Shown here piece by piece: positions 31,516 to 41,211 of a DNA stretch of 64,000 nucleotides. Positions within the stretch are counted from its first letter, which is position 1. Each line of letters begins with the position of its first letter. The notes beneath the pieces are model-generated. The model saw only the letters and a list, made by a program, of their open reading frames with translations. It ran no database searches and had not been told where the DNA came from. A program made the translations under genes and the position numbers. This stretch comes from Candidatus Anderseniibacteriota bacterium (GTDB lineage: Bacteria; Patescibacteriota; Andersenbacteria; UBA10190). The stretch covers positions 6,305 to 70,304 of the forward strand of contig JACPWO010000004.1 in assembly GCA_016197005.1 (NCBI GenBank), read 5' to 3'.

Positions 31516-33285
31516 ATGGCCGAGAAAATTCCACAGTGGGATTTATCGGATTTATATAAGGGAATAAACGATCCTGCTATTGCTCGTGACCAAGCGCGTC
31601 TAAAAAAAGAGGCGCAGGCTTTTCATAAGAAATACGCTCGCGGTATATCTGAAAATACTTCTCCAAAAGAAATTACGTCGGCCATTAAAGAGTATGAAAA
31701 GATATTACGAGATATAGATAAAATTCAGATATTCAGTCGGTTGCTATTCGCCACCAAGACGAACGACAAAATCGTCGCTGCTCGAATGCAGGGGATTGAT
31801 GAATGGGCAGCCACTGTGCGATCACTCCTCCTCTTTTTTAGTTTATGTATCGGTTCTCTGCCGGCATCCAAACTCAAGGATTTAATGAAAGCACCAAGCC
31901 TGGCGTCATACCGTCACTGGTTGCAGCGCCTAGTGGATATGAATCAGTATCGGTTATCGGAAAAGGAAGAAGCCTTACTTCTGGAAACTTCTCTTACCGG
32001 TCGAGATGCCTTTACTCGTTTGTATGAACAGGAGGATGCAAAGCGTACGTATCCCTTCAAAAGCAGTGGCCATACCCACGTTCTGAACGAGTCAGAAATT
32101 TTAAGTAAATTCTATGATCCGAAGCGAAGCGTGCGCCAACAAGCATCAGAAAGTCTGAATCATGCCTTAGTGCAAGATGTTGATCGAACGGCCTTTATGT
32201 ACAACATGATCGGTCAGGACGTTATTCTAGATACTCGCCGTCGCGGTTTTGCTCGTCCGGAGGATGCACGACATGTAGGAAATGAAGTTTCTACTAAAGC
32301 GGTCGACGTGCTCATTTCCCAAGTTACGGCCAATTACAAAATAGTTCACGACTACTACAAATTTAAAAAACGTCTCCTGAAGCTACCAGCATTGTATGAA
32401 TACGATCGTTACGCGCCGGTAGCGGCAACGTCTAAGAAATATACGTTTGCACAAGCAAAGAACATCGTGCTTACAGCCTTCGGAGAGTTTTCACCAACAT
32501 TTCGTGAAGTAGCGGAACTTTTCTTTGATAACAACTGGGTTGATGCGCGGCCTGGGGCGGGTAAGCAAGGGGGCGCCTTCTGTGTCTACGTAACGCCGGA
32601 TCTGCACCCATACGTACTTATGAATTTTAACGGAACAATAAATGACGTCATGACACTAGCTCATGAGCTTGGGCATGCCATTCACGCATATATCGCTCGT
32701 AAAAATTCCTATCTCCAATTCGATTGTTCCCTGACAATAGCAGAAATTGCCAGTATTTTTGCCGAGATGATTGTATTTAATGCTGTTAAAGAAACGCTTT
32801 CGCCAAAAGAACGATTTGCACTCTACGCAGTAAAAGTAGAAGGCATTATTGCCTCAGTATTTCGCCAAGCTGCCTTTTTTGAATTTGAGCGCGTCTTTTT
32901 TGAAAAACGATCTCAGGGAGAACTTACACCTCAGGATTTAGGCGAGATTTGGCAAGGTACGTTTAAGAAAATGTATGGTCCTTCTATTCGACAATCCCCC
33001 GGAAGTGAATTGCAGTGGGGCATGATTCCACATTTCTTTCAGTGGCCATTTTATGTGTACTCGTATGCGTTTGGTGATTTACTCACTCGCTCCCTTTTCG
33101 CTCAATACAAAAAAGATCCCACGACCTTTGTGCCGGCGTATCTTAAGATGCTGGCCTTCGGCGGATCAAAGTCCCCACAGGATTTGCTATCTGAATTCGG
33201 AGTGAATATAGAAAAGGCAGCGTTTTGGCGAGGTGGAATCAAAGAGATTGAAACACTGGTTACCGAAGCGAAAAAATTAGCATAG
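31516..33285 (+). CDS. pepF: M3B oligoendopeptidase F
   Basis: WDLSDLY, GKQGGAFC, TLAHELGHAIH, FYVYSYAFG. Confidence 0.92.
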   Translation: MAEKIPQWDLSDLYKGINDPAIARDQARLKKEAQAFHKKYARGISENTSPKEITSAIKEYEKILRDIDKIQIFSRLLFATKTNDKIVAARMQGIDEWAATVRSLLLFFSLCIGSLPASKLKDLMKAPSLASYRHWLQRLVDMNQYRLSEKEEALLLETSLTGRDAFTRLYEQEDAKRTYPFKSSGHTHVLNESEILSKFYDPKRSVRQQASESLNHALVQDVDRTAFMYNMIGQDVILDTRRRGFARPEDARHVGNEVSTKAVDVLISQVTANYKIVHDYYKFKKRLLKLPALYEYDRYAPVAATSKKYTFAQAKNIVLTAFGEFSPTFREVAELFFDNNWVDARPGAGKQGGAFCVYVTPDLHPYVLMNFNGTINDVMTLAHELGHAIHAYIARKNSYLQFDCSLTIAEIASIFAEMIVFNAVKETLSPKERFALYAVKVEGIIASVFRQAAFFEFERVFFEKRSQGELTPQDLGEIWQGTFKKMYGPSIRQSPGSELQWGMIPHFFQWPFYVYSYAFGDLLTRSLFAQYKKDPTTFVPAYLKMLAFGGSKSPQDLLSEFGVNIEKAAFWRGGIKEIETLVTEAKKLA

Positions 33286-33494
33286 CTACGAGCCGATAAG
33301 TCCCTTCGTGGATATTGATGTCAATGGCTTCGACAGCTTTTACTGCCTTCTATTTCAGTTGAATATTGAGCTCCTAGAGCCTCTCATGCCCAATTCCGTT
33401 TGATAAACGCAGTGTTTTTTATTAAGCAACCGGTCGCAACAATAGAGCCTAGAGACATCTGTTACGAGGTTTAACAACAAGTGCATAAACTGAT

Positions 33495-33522
33495 TTGCCA
33501 CCCTGTGCCCAGGGTATATGAT
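33495..33522 (+). promoter_or_regulatory. Sigma70-like promoter abutting CIRCE
   Basis: TTGCCA-16 nt-TATGAT. Confidence 0.5.
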
Positions 33523-33523
33523 A

Positions 33524-33550
33524 TTAGCACTCACGGGATACGAGTGCTAA
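33524..33550. promoter_or_regulatory. CIRCE element (HrcA operator)
   Basis: Exact consensus TTAGCACTC-N9-GAGTGCTAA. Confidence 0.95.
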
Positions 33551-33661
33551 CGCACCGACCCACCGCCTCGACTAGAGGCACACGAACAATTACATACGGA
33601 GGAAAAATAAAAACGCAATATCCACCTACGTTCTTTTTTTGTGACCCTTAACTACTCCACT

Positions 33662-34537
33662 ATGACACTTTCAGTTAACAAAAAAGCAGAAGCGGCGAAA
33701 CGTGCACCCCGCTCTGTCTCTGGACTCACTCGATATCTTCAAGATATCGGGAAAGTACCTCTCCTTACCGGACCAGAAGAGCAGGCACTAGCTCGTCGTA
33801 TTCGAAAAGGAGATCAAAAGGCGCGTCAGCATATGATGCTGGCCAACCTGCGCCTCGTGGTAAATATTGCCAAGCAATATGTGCCGGGCGGCGATCCAGA
33901 CTTACTTATGGACTTAGTGCAGGACGGCAATATTGGGCTGATGCGCGCTATTGACCGATTCGATCCCAAATTTAAAACAAGATTCTCTACGTACGGTGTG
34001 TACTGGATTCGGCAAGCTATCCTTCGTGCCTTAAAGAGTCGACGTCTGGTGAGACTACCTGAGAATGTTCAAGATAGAATTCTCGAGATGCAGCGGACTC
34101 GCCAACGACTCTATCAAATGTTAGGACGCTCACCAGCCCCGGAAGAATTAGCACGTGAGATGAGTGCCTCTGTAAAAGAAGTGCGTCGCTTAGAAGAAGT
34201 AAATGCTGACGTTGTCTCATTGGAGAAAGCAGTTCGCGGTCGAGACGATGAGGAAGATACGCGTCTGGGGGATTTACTCGAAGATCAGGATGCTCTTTCT
34301 CCAACGGACACTGCCCAAGTTGAATTTGTTCGACGCAAAGTGCAAGAAGCAGTGGCTACATTGCCGGCGCGCGAGCGAGCAATTATTGAGCAGCGCTTTG
34401 GTTTGACGACTGGTGTTCCAAAAACTCTAGAAGAAATTGGCCAGGAATTTCAGATTAGTCGTGAGCGTGTCCGACAACTACAAAACGTAGCATTGTCTCG
34501 CTTAAAGCAGCGCAAGAACGTTCAGAACGTTAGGTAA
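33662..34537 (+). CDS. Alternative sigma-70 family factor (RpoD/RpoS/RpoH-like, lacks region 1.1)
   Basis: YLQDIG, ANLRLVVNIAK, RFSTYGVYWIRQ, TLEEIG...SRERVRQL. Confidence 0.92.
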   Translation: MTLSVNKKAEAAKRAPRSVSGLTRYLQDIGKVPLLTGPEEQALARRIRKGDQKARQHMMLANLRLVVNIAKQYVPGGDPDLLMDLVQDGNIGLMRAIDRFDPKFKTRFSTYGVYWIRQAILRALKSRRLVRLPENVQDRILEMQRTRQRLYQMLGRSPAPEELAREMSASVKEVRRLEEVNADVVSLEKAVRGRDDEEDTRLGDLLEDQDALSPTDTAQVEFVRRKVQEAVATLPARERAIIEQRFGLTTGVPKTLEEIGQEFQISRERVRQLQNVALSRLKQRKNVQNVR

Positions 34538-34543
34538 CAAGGC

Positions 34544-34578
34544 AGAAAACTACTCCGCTAGTACGGAGTAGTTTTCTT
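34544..34578 (+). terminator. Intrinsic terminator
   Basis: 14-bp perfect stem AGAAAACTACTCCG/CGGAGTAGTTTTCT. Confidence 0.8.
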
Positions 34579-34617
34579 GTGAGTGGTTTCTCTGAAGTGG
34601 GCTGCTATGATAAAGAC

Positions 34618-35796
34618 ATGTCGCTTCCTTCGCAATTTTTAATTGGCGCTGCTACCAGCTCTCATCAGGTAGAAGGCAATAATATTTACAATGACTGGTG
34701 GGAGTGGGAGCAAAGTCGGCCAGATATTGGTAACTCGGGGCGAGCAACTGATCATTGGAACAAATACAAAGAAGACTTTGCGTTAGCCAAACAGCTAGGC
34801 CATACCGCCCATCGTTTTTCTATTGAGTGGAGCAGAATAGAGCCGAAACCAGGAGCATTTAATCGCAAAGCAATTGAACATTACCGGGAAGTGCTGGAAG
34901 AATTGCGTCGGCTCAACATAAAGTCCTTTGTTACTCTTCATCATTTTACTAACCCTGTCTGGCTGGCGAAAAAAGGCGGTTGGGAAAATGGATATGCGGT
35001 CGACCGGTTTGAAAAATATGTGCGGTATGTTGCGCAGCACTTAGGACACCTGGTAGATTTTTGGGTCACCATTAATGAACCAATGGTGTATGCCTCGCAA
35101 TCATACTGGCGAGCCGATTGGCCACCGCAAAAGCGAACGCTTAGAGGTATGTTGCGAGTGATCCGAAACATGGCTTATGGACACATGATCGCCTATCGGG
35201 TACTCCATAGTATTACACCAGATACACCGGTTGGGTTAGCCAAGCACCTCATTGCGTACTTGCCAGAACACCGCCGACAGCTCGATGACCAAATTATGGC
35301 TGGTTTAGAAGATTGGTGGTTTAACCATCGGTTTTTTTCGTTAACCGGTAACACCCACGATTTTATTGGCGTTAACTATTACTTCACAACTAAGCTGCGA
35401 GTGAAATTGTTTCCACCTCGATTTATGAAGGTTCCGTGGGAAGGAGCGGTATCAGATATAAACTGGCCCATTCGTCCGGAAGGACTAACGCACGTTCTCT
35501 TACACATGAAGAAATATAATCTGCCAATCTACATTACAGAAAATGGTTTAGCAGATGCATCTGATAGTAAGCGTTCTGAATTTATTCGTAGTCACATAAA
35601 GGCTGTGAAGAAAGCGATGCAGCAAGGAGTGAATGTGCGTGGGTATTTACACTGGTCACTTCTGGATAACTTTGAATGGGCGGATGGATTTAAACCACGG
35701 TTCGGTCTTATTGCTGTTGATTACAAAACGCTGGAGCGAAAAATTCGCCCCAGTGCCTATGTGCTTAAGGCATTTGCCGACTCTGCTAATATATAA
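34618..35796 (+). CDS. Glycoside hydrolase family 1
   Basis: ATSSHQVEG, TINEP, ITENG, WSLLDNFEW. Confidence 0.95.
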   Translation: MSLPSQFLIGAATSSHQVEGNNIYNDWWEWEQSRPDIGNSGRATDHWNKYKEDFALAKQLGHTAHRFSIEWSRIEPKPGAFNRKAIEHYREVLEELRRLNIKSFVTLHHFTNPVWLAKKGGWENGYAVDRFEKYVRYVAQHLGHLVDFWVTINEPMVYASQSYWRADWPPQKRTLRGMLRVIRNMAYGHMIAYRVLHSITPDTPVGLAKHLIAYLPEHRRQLDDQIMAGLEDWWFNHRFFSLTGNTHDFIGVNYYFTTKLRVKLFPPRFMKVPWEGAVSDINWPIRPEGLTHVLLHMKKYNLPIYITENGLADASDSKRSEFIRSHIKAVKKAMQQGVNVRGYLHWSLLDNFEWADGFKPRFGLIAVDYKTLERKIRPSAYVLKAFADSANI

Positions 35797-35798
35797 AG

Positions 35799-36722
35799 AT
35801 GATTTGGGTCCTTCTGGCTCTCATTGCCCATGCGGGCAATGGTTTGGTCTTTATTGTCGACAAGGGACTACTAGGAACTGATTCTGGCGCCGGAAATCCG
35901 AAAAAATTAGCTTTTTATTCCGGACTACTTTCGGCTGCCGCTATTGTTTTGGCTGCCCTCGATTTTGCTGTGCCCAACCTGTTTGCGGTGACGTGGTCGT
36001 TAGTAGGAGGAGTGTTGTTTGTAGGAGCTCTGTGGCTCTTCTTTGCCGCTCTCGATAGCGATGAAGCCTCGCGTGTAGTACCCGTGACCGGGTCAGCTGT
36101 TCCTATTTTTACGTTGCTATTTGCTTGGCTCTTTTTGCAGGAGCCGCTTACCTCGCAGCAAATTGGAGCGGTATTGTTACTTATTGCTGGTGGTGGCGCT
36201 CTGTCGATTGGTTTTAAGAATACAAAACGCATGTCGGCAAAAACATGGGTTCTGGCAATTGCTGCTGGGGCCGCCTTTGCCGCTTACTTTGCGGCAGTAA
36301 AATTTCTGTACGACAACTTCAACCCGTTTTGGTCCGCCTTTGCCTACAGCCGTTTTGCTGTTGGCGTTGCCGCCCTTTTGTTCTTAGGTCCGCTTATGTG
36401 GGTAGGGAGAGGTAAAAAGGAAAAATCAAGACGAATTTCTAAAAAGAAAAAACGAACTTCCCGATATATTCTCACTTCTTTTTTTGGAAGCAAGGTTTTA
36501 AGTACGGCAATGTTTATGTTGCAAAGCTATGCGATTGATTTAGGTAGCGTCACGGTTGTGAATGCTCTCCAGGGAACACAATACGTATTTGTTTTAGTCG
36601 TAGCTGCGCTTTTGTCTAAGAGACTACCAAAACTTTTCCATGAAGAAGTGCATCGAGTCGCTCTGATTCAAAAGGGAATTGGTATTTTGCTTATTAGTGG
36701 TGGGTTGGTGCTGCTGTTATGA
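35799..36722 (+). CDS. EamA/DMT family transporter
   Basis: About 10 TM helices in two repeats; LFAWLFLQE. Confidence 0.8.
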   Translation: MIWVLLALIAHAGNGLVFIVDKGLLGTDSGAGNPKKLAFYSGLLSAAAIVLAALDFAVPNLFAVTWSLVGGVLFVGALWLFFAALDSDEASRVVPVTGSAVPIFTLLFAWLFLQEPLTSQQIGAVLLLIAGGGALSIGFKNTKRMSAKTWVLAIAAGAAFAAYFAAVKFLYDNFNPFWSAFAYSRFAVGVAALLFLGPLMWVGRGKKEKSRRISKKKKRTSRYILTSFFGSKVLSTAMFMLQSYAIDLGSVTVVNALQGTQYVFVLVVAALLSKRLPKLFHEEVHRVALIQKGIGILLISGGLVLLL

Positions 36723-37744
36723 AAGGATTTATTCGAGCAGTCGTAGGGTTAACTATTATTCTTCTTACCTTAGCAGCCGGCGGTGTATTTCTTTTAGCGG
36801 CACCACTGCCTGGTGCACCAAGTCAAATACAAGGCGTTTCTTTTTCTGCGCCGCACGCCAGCGGCATTGGTCTTAATTGGCAGCAGACATACATTGCTGT
36901 GCTTGATGACTTAGGCGTACGACGTCTGCGCCTATCTGCGTACTGGGATGTAACGGAGCCGCAGAAGGATATGTTTTCTTTTGCAGATTTAGATTTTCAA
37001 ATGGATGAAGCGGCCAGTCGGGGGGCCCACGTCATTTTGGGAGTGGGTCGCAAACTTCCGCGCTGGCCAGAATGTCATGACCCGCAGTGGGCAGCAGAGC
37101 TCACCGAGCAAGCAAAGCAGCAAGAAGTTTTAGAGTTAGTTGAGGCAACAGTAGAGCGTTACAAAGGTCATCCGGCGCTGGCGATGTGGCAGCTAGAAAA
37201 CGAGCCACTGCTAAAGTTTGGGATTTGTCCGCCTCAAGATCGACAGTTTTTGATGCAGGAAGAGGTGCTCGTGCGATCACTTGACCCTGATCACCCTATT
37301 CTTATGACCGATTCAGGAGAGCTCAATTGGTGGCTTGATGCATCTTCCTTCGGCGATGTACTAGGAACGACGATGTACCGCACTGTATTTTCCGAAAAGA
37401 CACTCAAGCAGTTCAGCTATGATTACATCTTTCCTTCCTGGTTATACCGACTCAAGAGTCGATACGTCAGGTTACTGCGAGGGAATGAAGTATTAATTTC
37501 TGAACTGCAGGGTGAGCCGTGGGGCAGTCAGCCCTTTCCACAGATGTCAGCGCAGGAGCGCGAGCAATCTTTTTCACCGGAGCGTTTCTTAGACAACTGG
37601 GATTTTGCGCAGCGCACACAACTACCTTCGGCATATTGGTGGGGAGTGGAATACTGGTACTGGGAGAAAGAAATAAATGGCGACGGACGATATTGGGAAA
37701 TTGCGAAGGAGGTATTTGCGCGCAATAATAAAAAAAATAATTAA
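36719..37744 (+). CDS. Membrane-anchored clan GH-A glycoside hydrolase (GH5/GH42-like)
   Basis: WQLENEP and ISELQGEPW catalytic-type motifs. Confidence 0.75.
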   Translation: MKGFIRAVVGLTIILLTLAAGGVFLLAAPLPGAPSQIQGVSFSAPHASGIGLNWQQTYIAVLDDLGVRRLRLSAYWDVTEPQKDMFSFADLDFQMDEAASRGAHVILGVGRKLPRWPECHDPQWAAELTEQAKQQEVLELVEATVERYKGHPALAMWQLENEPLLKFGICPPQDRQFLMQEEVLVRSLDPDHPILMTDSGELNWWLDASSFGDVLGTTMYRTVFSEKTLKQFSYDYIFPSWLYRLKSRYVRLLRGNEVLISELQGEPWGSQPFPQMSAQEREQSFSPERFLDNWDFAQRTQLPSAYWWGVEYWYWEKEINGDGRYWEIAKEVFARNNKKNN

Positions 37745-37768
37745 CTCAACAAAGCCATAAAGGTACTA

Positions 37769-37797
37769 TTGACATTTTAGTAATTTATGACTATAAT
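37769..37797 (+). promoter_or_regulatory. Perfect consensus sigma70 promoter of the DGR target gene
   Basis: TTGACA-17 nt-TATAAT. Confidence 0.85.
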
Positions 37798-37829
37798 TAG
37801 CAGTTCTTTATAATAGAATATCACTGTGT

Positions 37830-37882
37830 ATGAGACGAGTATTTTGCAGTTTTTTTGTAAGACTCCAGAATACTCGTCTCAT
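37830..37882. repeat. 14-bp perfect inverted repeat in the target leader
   Basis: ATGAGACGAGTATT (37830-37843) / AATACTCGTCTCAT (37869-37882). Confidence 0.85.
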
Positions 37883-37938
37883 CAGAGATTGGTCGTTTCC
37901 CGACGGTTCGGGTAAGTTCTTCTACAAGGAGAAGGGTG

Positions 37939-38841
37939 ATGACGATGACCACATCGATCACATCCGGTCAGAAGGTTCAGTACTTGAGAATGGTCGAAGA
38001 CGCTGCACGACGTGCAGCCAATTTGGCCCTTGAGAAGGTTGAAAGCCTCGACAAGACAGGTGCACAGCGACTGATCGAGCATGGCGACGAATTCGAGACA
38101 GCAATTGCCGAGCTCGTGGTTGCTAAGACGAGAGAGTTATCTCTCTCCAATCAGTTCGCCAACGAAGAAGTACCGTCAAACTACGGCTACCTCTCCGGCT
38201 ACAAAAAGCCGAAGGGCATGACCGAACAGACCAATCTTCTTCGTCAGCTTTTCCCTGGTATCGGTTTCGCCGACGAGCAACTGGCTACGCGCGACCTGCC
38301 GAAAGGTGCTGAAGGCTACTTTGCCATTCCGCGTTGGGAAACGTTGGCACCGACCTATGGCGAAGCCGTGCAGAAAGTGCTGGATATGATCAAAAAAACC
38401 CGCAACGGTAAGCTTTACAACTACTGTGAAGGGAAACTTGGTCCGCAGTATCTGCGTCAGCACGCCAAAACGTCAAAAGCGTTTCAAGTGCTCGGTGATC
38501 AACAAAAGGGCTACGACATTCTCGTGGTACCCTGCCAGTTTGGTCTCCGTCACAGAGGTCGTTCAGTGCGCCGAGCACGAGAAGTCATGATCGCCAGCGA
38601 ATTTGCTCTCGGAGCTTTCGCGAACGGCATCATGATTTTGACTCATCCGGAACGTCTTCAACACGATAACGATCTTTGGATCGACGGTGGTGGCGACGAA
38701 TTTTCTCCGGATGCCGGTGGTCGGTTCGACTTCGCGCCTAGCTTCGTCTTCGATGGTGGCAGGGTCAGGTTCGACGCGTTCTGGGTCCTCTATGCCCTTG
38801 ACCTCTATGGCTCTCCGTCTGGGTTCTGTCCGCAGAAGTGA
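37939..38841 (+). CDS. DGR target (variable) protein, VR at the C-terminus, probable CLec-like fold
   Basis: AAGGAG 7 nt before the ATG; last ~44 codons correspond to TR; fold assignment is inference from other DGR targets. Confidence 0.92.
   Translation: MTMTTSITSGQKVQYLRMVEDAARRAANLALEKVESLDKTGAQRLIEHGDEFETAIAELVVAKTRELSLSNQFANEEVPSNYGYLSGYKKPKGMTEQTNLLRQLFPGIGFADEQLATRDLPKGAEGYFAIPRWETLAPTYGEAVQKVLDMIKKTRNGKLYNYCEGKLGPQYLRQHAKTSKAFQVLGDQQKGYDILVVPCQFGLRHRGRSVRRAREVMIASEFALGAFANGIMILTHPERLQHDNDLWIDGGGDEFSPDAGGRFDFAPSFVFDGGRVRFDAFWVLYALDLYGSPSGFCPQK
38706..38835 (+). repeat. DGR variable repeat (VR)
   Basis: Ungapped 130-nt match to 39221-39350 with 22 differences. Confidence 0.97.
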
Positions 38842-38892
38842 TGCTTGTTCCTTGAACGCTTGGATCTTTTGTTTTCTTGATCCTTCGCGTCG

Positions 38893-38930
38893 ACGGGGTT
38901 TTCCACAGTTTGGAGACCCCGTTTTCTTTT
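38893..38930 (+). terminator. Hairpin downstream of VR (terminator and/or DGR homing stem-loop)
   Basis: ACGGGGTTTTCCA-cagtt-TGGAGACCCCGT followed by TTTCTTTT. Confidence 0.65.
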
Positions 38931-39220
38931 ACTTAATTTTTCTTAAACCATATATACTCATCTTCGAGTTAAGCTCATGTACGACCGTTTACGGATTGTC
39001 GTCGTTTACACTCTTTCTCTTCACGAGAAAAAGCCAGAATCCGGCTGATCACGCGTTTGCCGGAGCGAGCTTGTACGAGGAGATACTGCTTGTCTTTGCT
39101 CAAGGCAAACTTCGCTAATAAGCGGGGTGTTGCCACAAACAATACAGGAATAAGAGGCGTTCACTGATGCCTAGCATCGCCACCTCAAGTTCCAGTGACT
39201 CAGATAGGCAAAGACAAATA

Positions 39221-39350
39221 TCCGGATGCCGATGGTCAGTTCGACAACGCGCCTAACTTCAACTTCAATGATGGCAAGGTCAAGTTCGACACGAACTGGG
39301 TCAACAATGCCAATGACAACTATGGCTCTCCGTCTGGGTTCTGTCCGAAG
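39221..39350 (+). ncRNA. DGR template repeat (TR)
   Basis: AAC/AAT-rich copy of VR; every mismatch is an A in this copy. Confidence 0.97.
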
Positions 39351-39363
39351 TCTCTCCTTATAT

Positions 39364-39389
39364 AAAGGCATCCATAGACGGATGCCTTT
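39364..39389. terminator. Hairpin between TR and the convergent avd stop
   Basis: Perfect 10-bp stem AAAGGCATCC-atagac-GGATGCCTTT. Confidence 0.7.
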
Positions 39390-39391
39390 TG

Positions 39392-39736
39392 TTATCTAAT
39401 TGAACGGCTCCATCCGCCGAGTTGTCGGCCGATCTCATCAATAATTTCTTGCAACACAATGTATTTTTTGTTGTCGAGCGTTTTTGTATCTTTCATGAGA
39501 CGAACCAATAGTCGGAGTAAATTCAGTTTGGCACTGATCTGCTCAAGAGTTGTGGCTTTATTCACGGTTTTCGCATAGCCAGCAAGAAAAAGGTTTTCAA
39601 TAATATCCAGGATGAGTCGCTCACTCCACTCATAAATTGTAAAGCGATCTTGTTTCGGCACAGTCTTACGGTACTCGTGAAAAGTTTTGTAGAGTTCGTA
39701 GGCTTTCTTAAGAATAGGAATATCGCTATCGTTCAT
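39392..39736 (-). CDS. avd: DGR accessory variability determinant (Avd-like four-helix bundle)
   Basis: 114 aa; PKQDRFTI, LRLLVRL, EIGRQLGGW; lies between TR and RT. Confidence 0.9.
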   Translation of the reverse strand: MNDSDIPILKKAYELYKTFHEYRKTVPKQDRFTIYEWSERLILDIIENLFLAGYAKTVNKATTLEQISAKLNLLRLLVRLMKDTKTLDNKKYIVLQEIIDEIGRQLGGWSRSIR

Positions 39737-39741
39737 AGGCT

Positions 39742-40817
<1,076 letters not shown>

Positions 40818-40926
40818 ACTACAAAACTGTTTTTGCGAAGTGACAGTCATCACTTTTCTTTCCTCTTTGGCCTGCTACACTTTATATTATAGATGCTTAT
40901 TCCATGAACGAAGGAGGTGACGGTAT

Positions 40927-41145
40927 ATGATGAAAGATACAAATTTACAGTTGTGGGCAGCCGTTCTACTTCTGGTTGGCGGCCTTGTTCACCTGATTCC
41001 AGCGCTCTATACCGCTCTGTCTAATCTGACAGGAGGCACGCCTTGGATTCAGATTATCGTTGGTATCTTGTCCGTGATCGTCGCGTTGGTGATGTTCGCT
41101 GGGGACAAGCCAAATTCTGGTTCAAACGCAGGATCTGGAATGTAA
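40927..41145 (+). CDS. Small two-TM membrane protein (72 aa)
   Basis: Strong SD AAGGAGGTGA; two hydrophobic helices; own terminator. Confidence 0.8.
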   Translation: MMKDTNLQLWAAVLLLVGGLVHLIPALYTALSNLTGGTPWIQIIVGILSVIVALVMFAGDKPNSGSNAGSGM

Positions 41146-41162
41146 TATCGGCTGTAAAAAAG

Positions 41163-41197
41163 ACGAGCCTTCCTGCTAGGAGGGCTCGTTTCGTTTT
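41163..41197 (+). terminator. Intrinsic terminator
   Basis: ACGAGCCTTCCT-gct-AGGAGGGCTCGT followed by TTCGTTTT. Confidence 0.7.
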
Positions 41198-41211
41198 GGT
41201 ACAGTTACAGC

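Noticed and set aside
33286-33490. Possible ncRNA between pepF and the sigma promoter
   Set aside because: Only short repeats (TAGAGCCT twice) and no convincing stems.
39171-39371. Minus-strand ORFs over TR and VR (39171-39371, 38687-39118)
   Set aside because: Antisense shadows of the repeat; no independent coding evidence.
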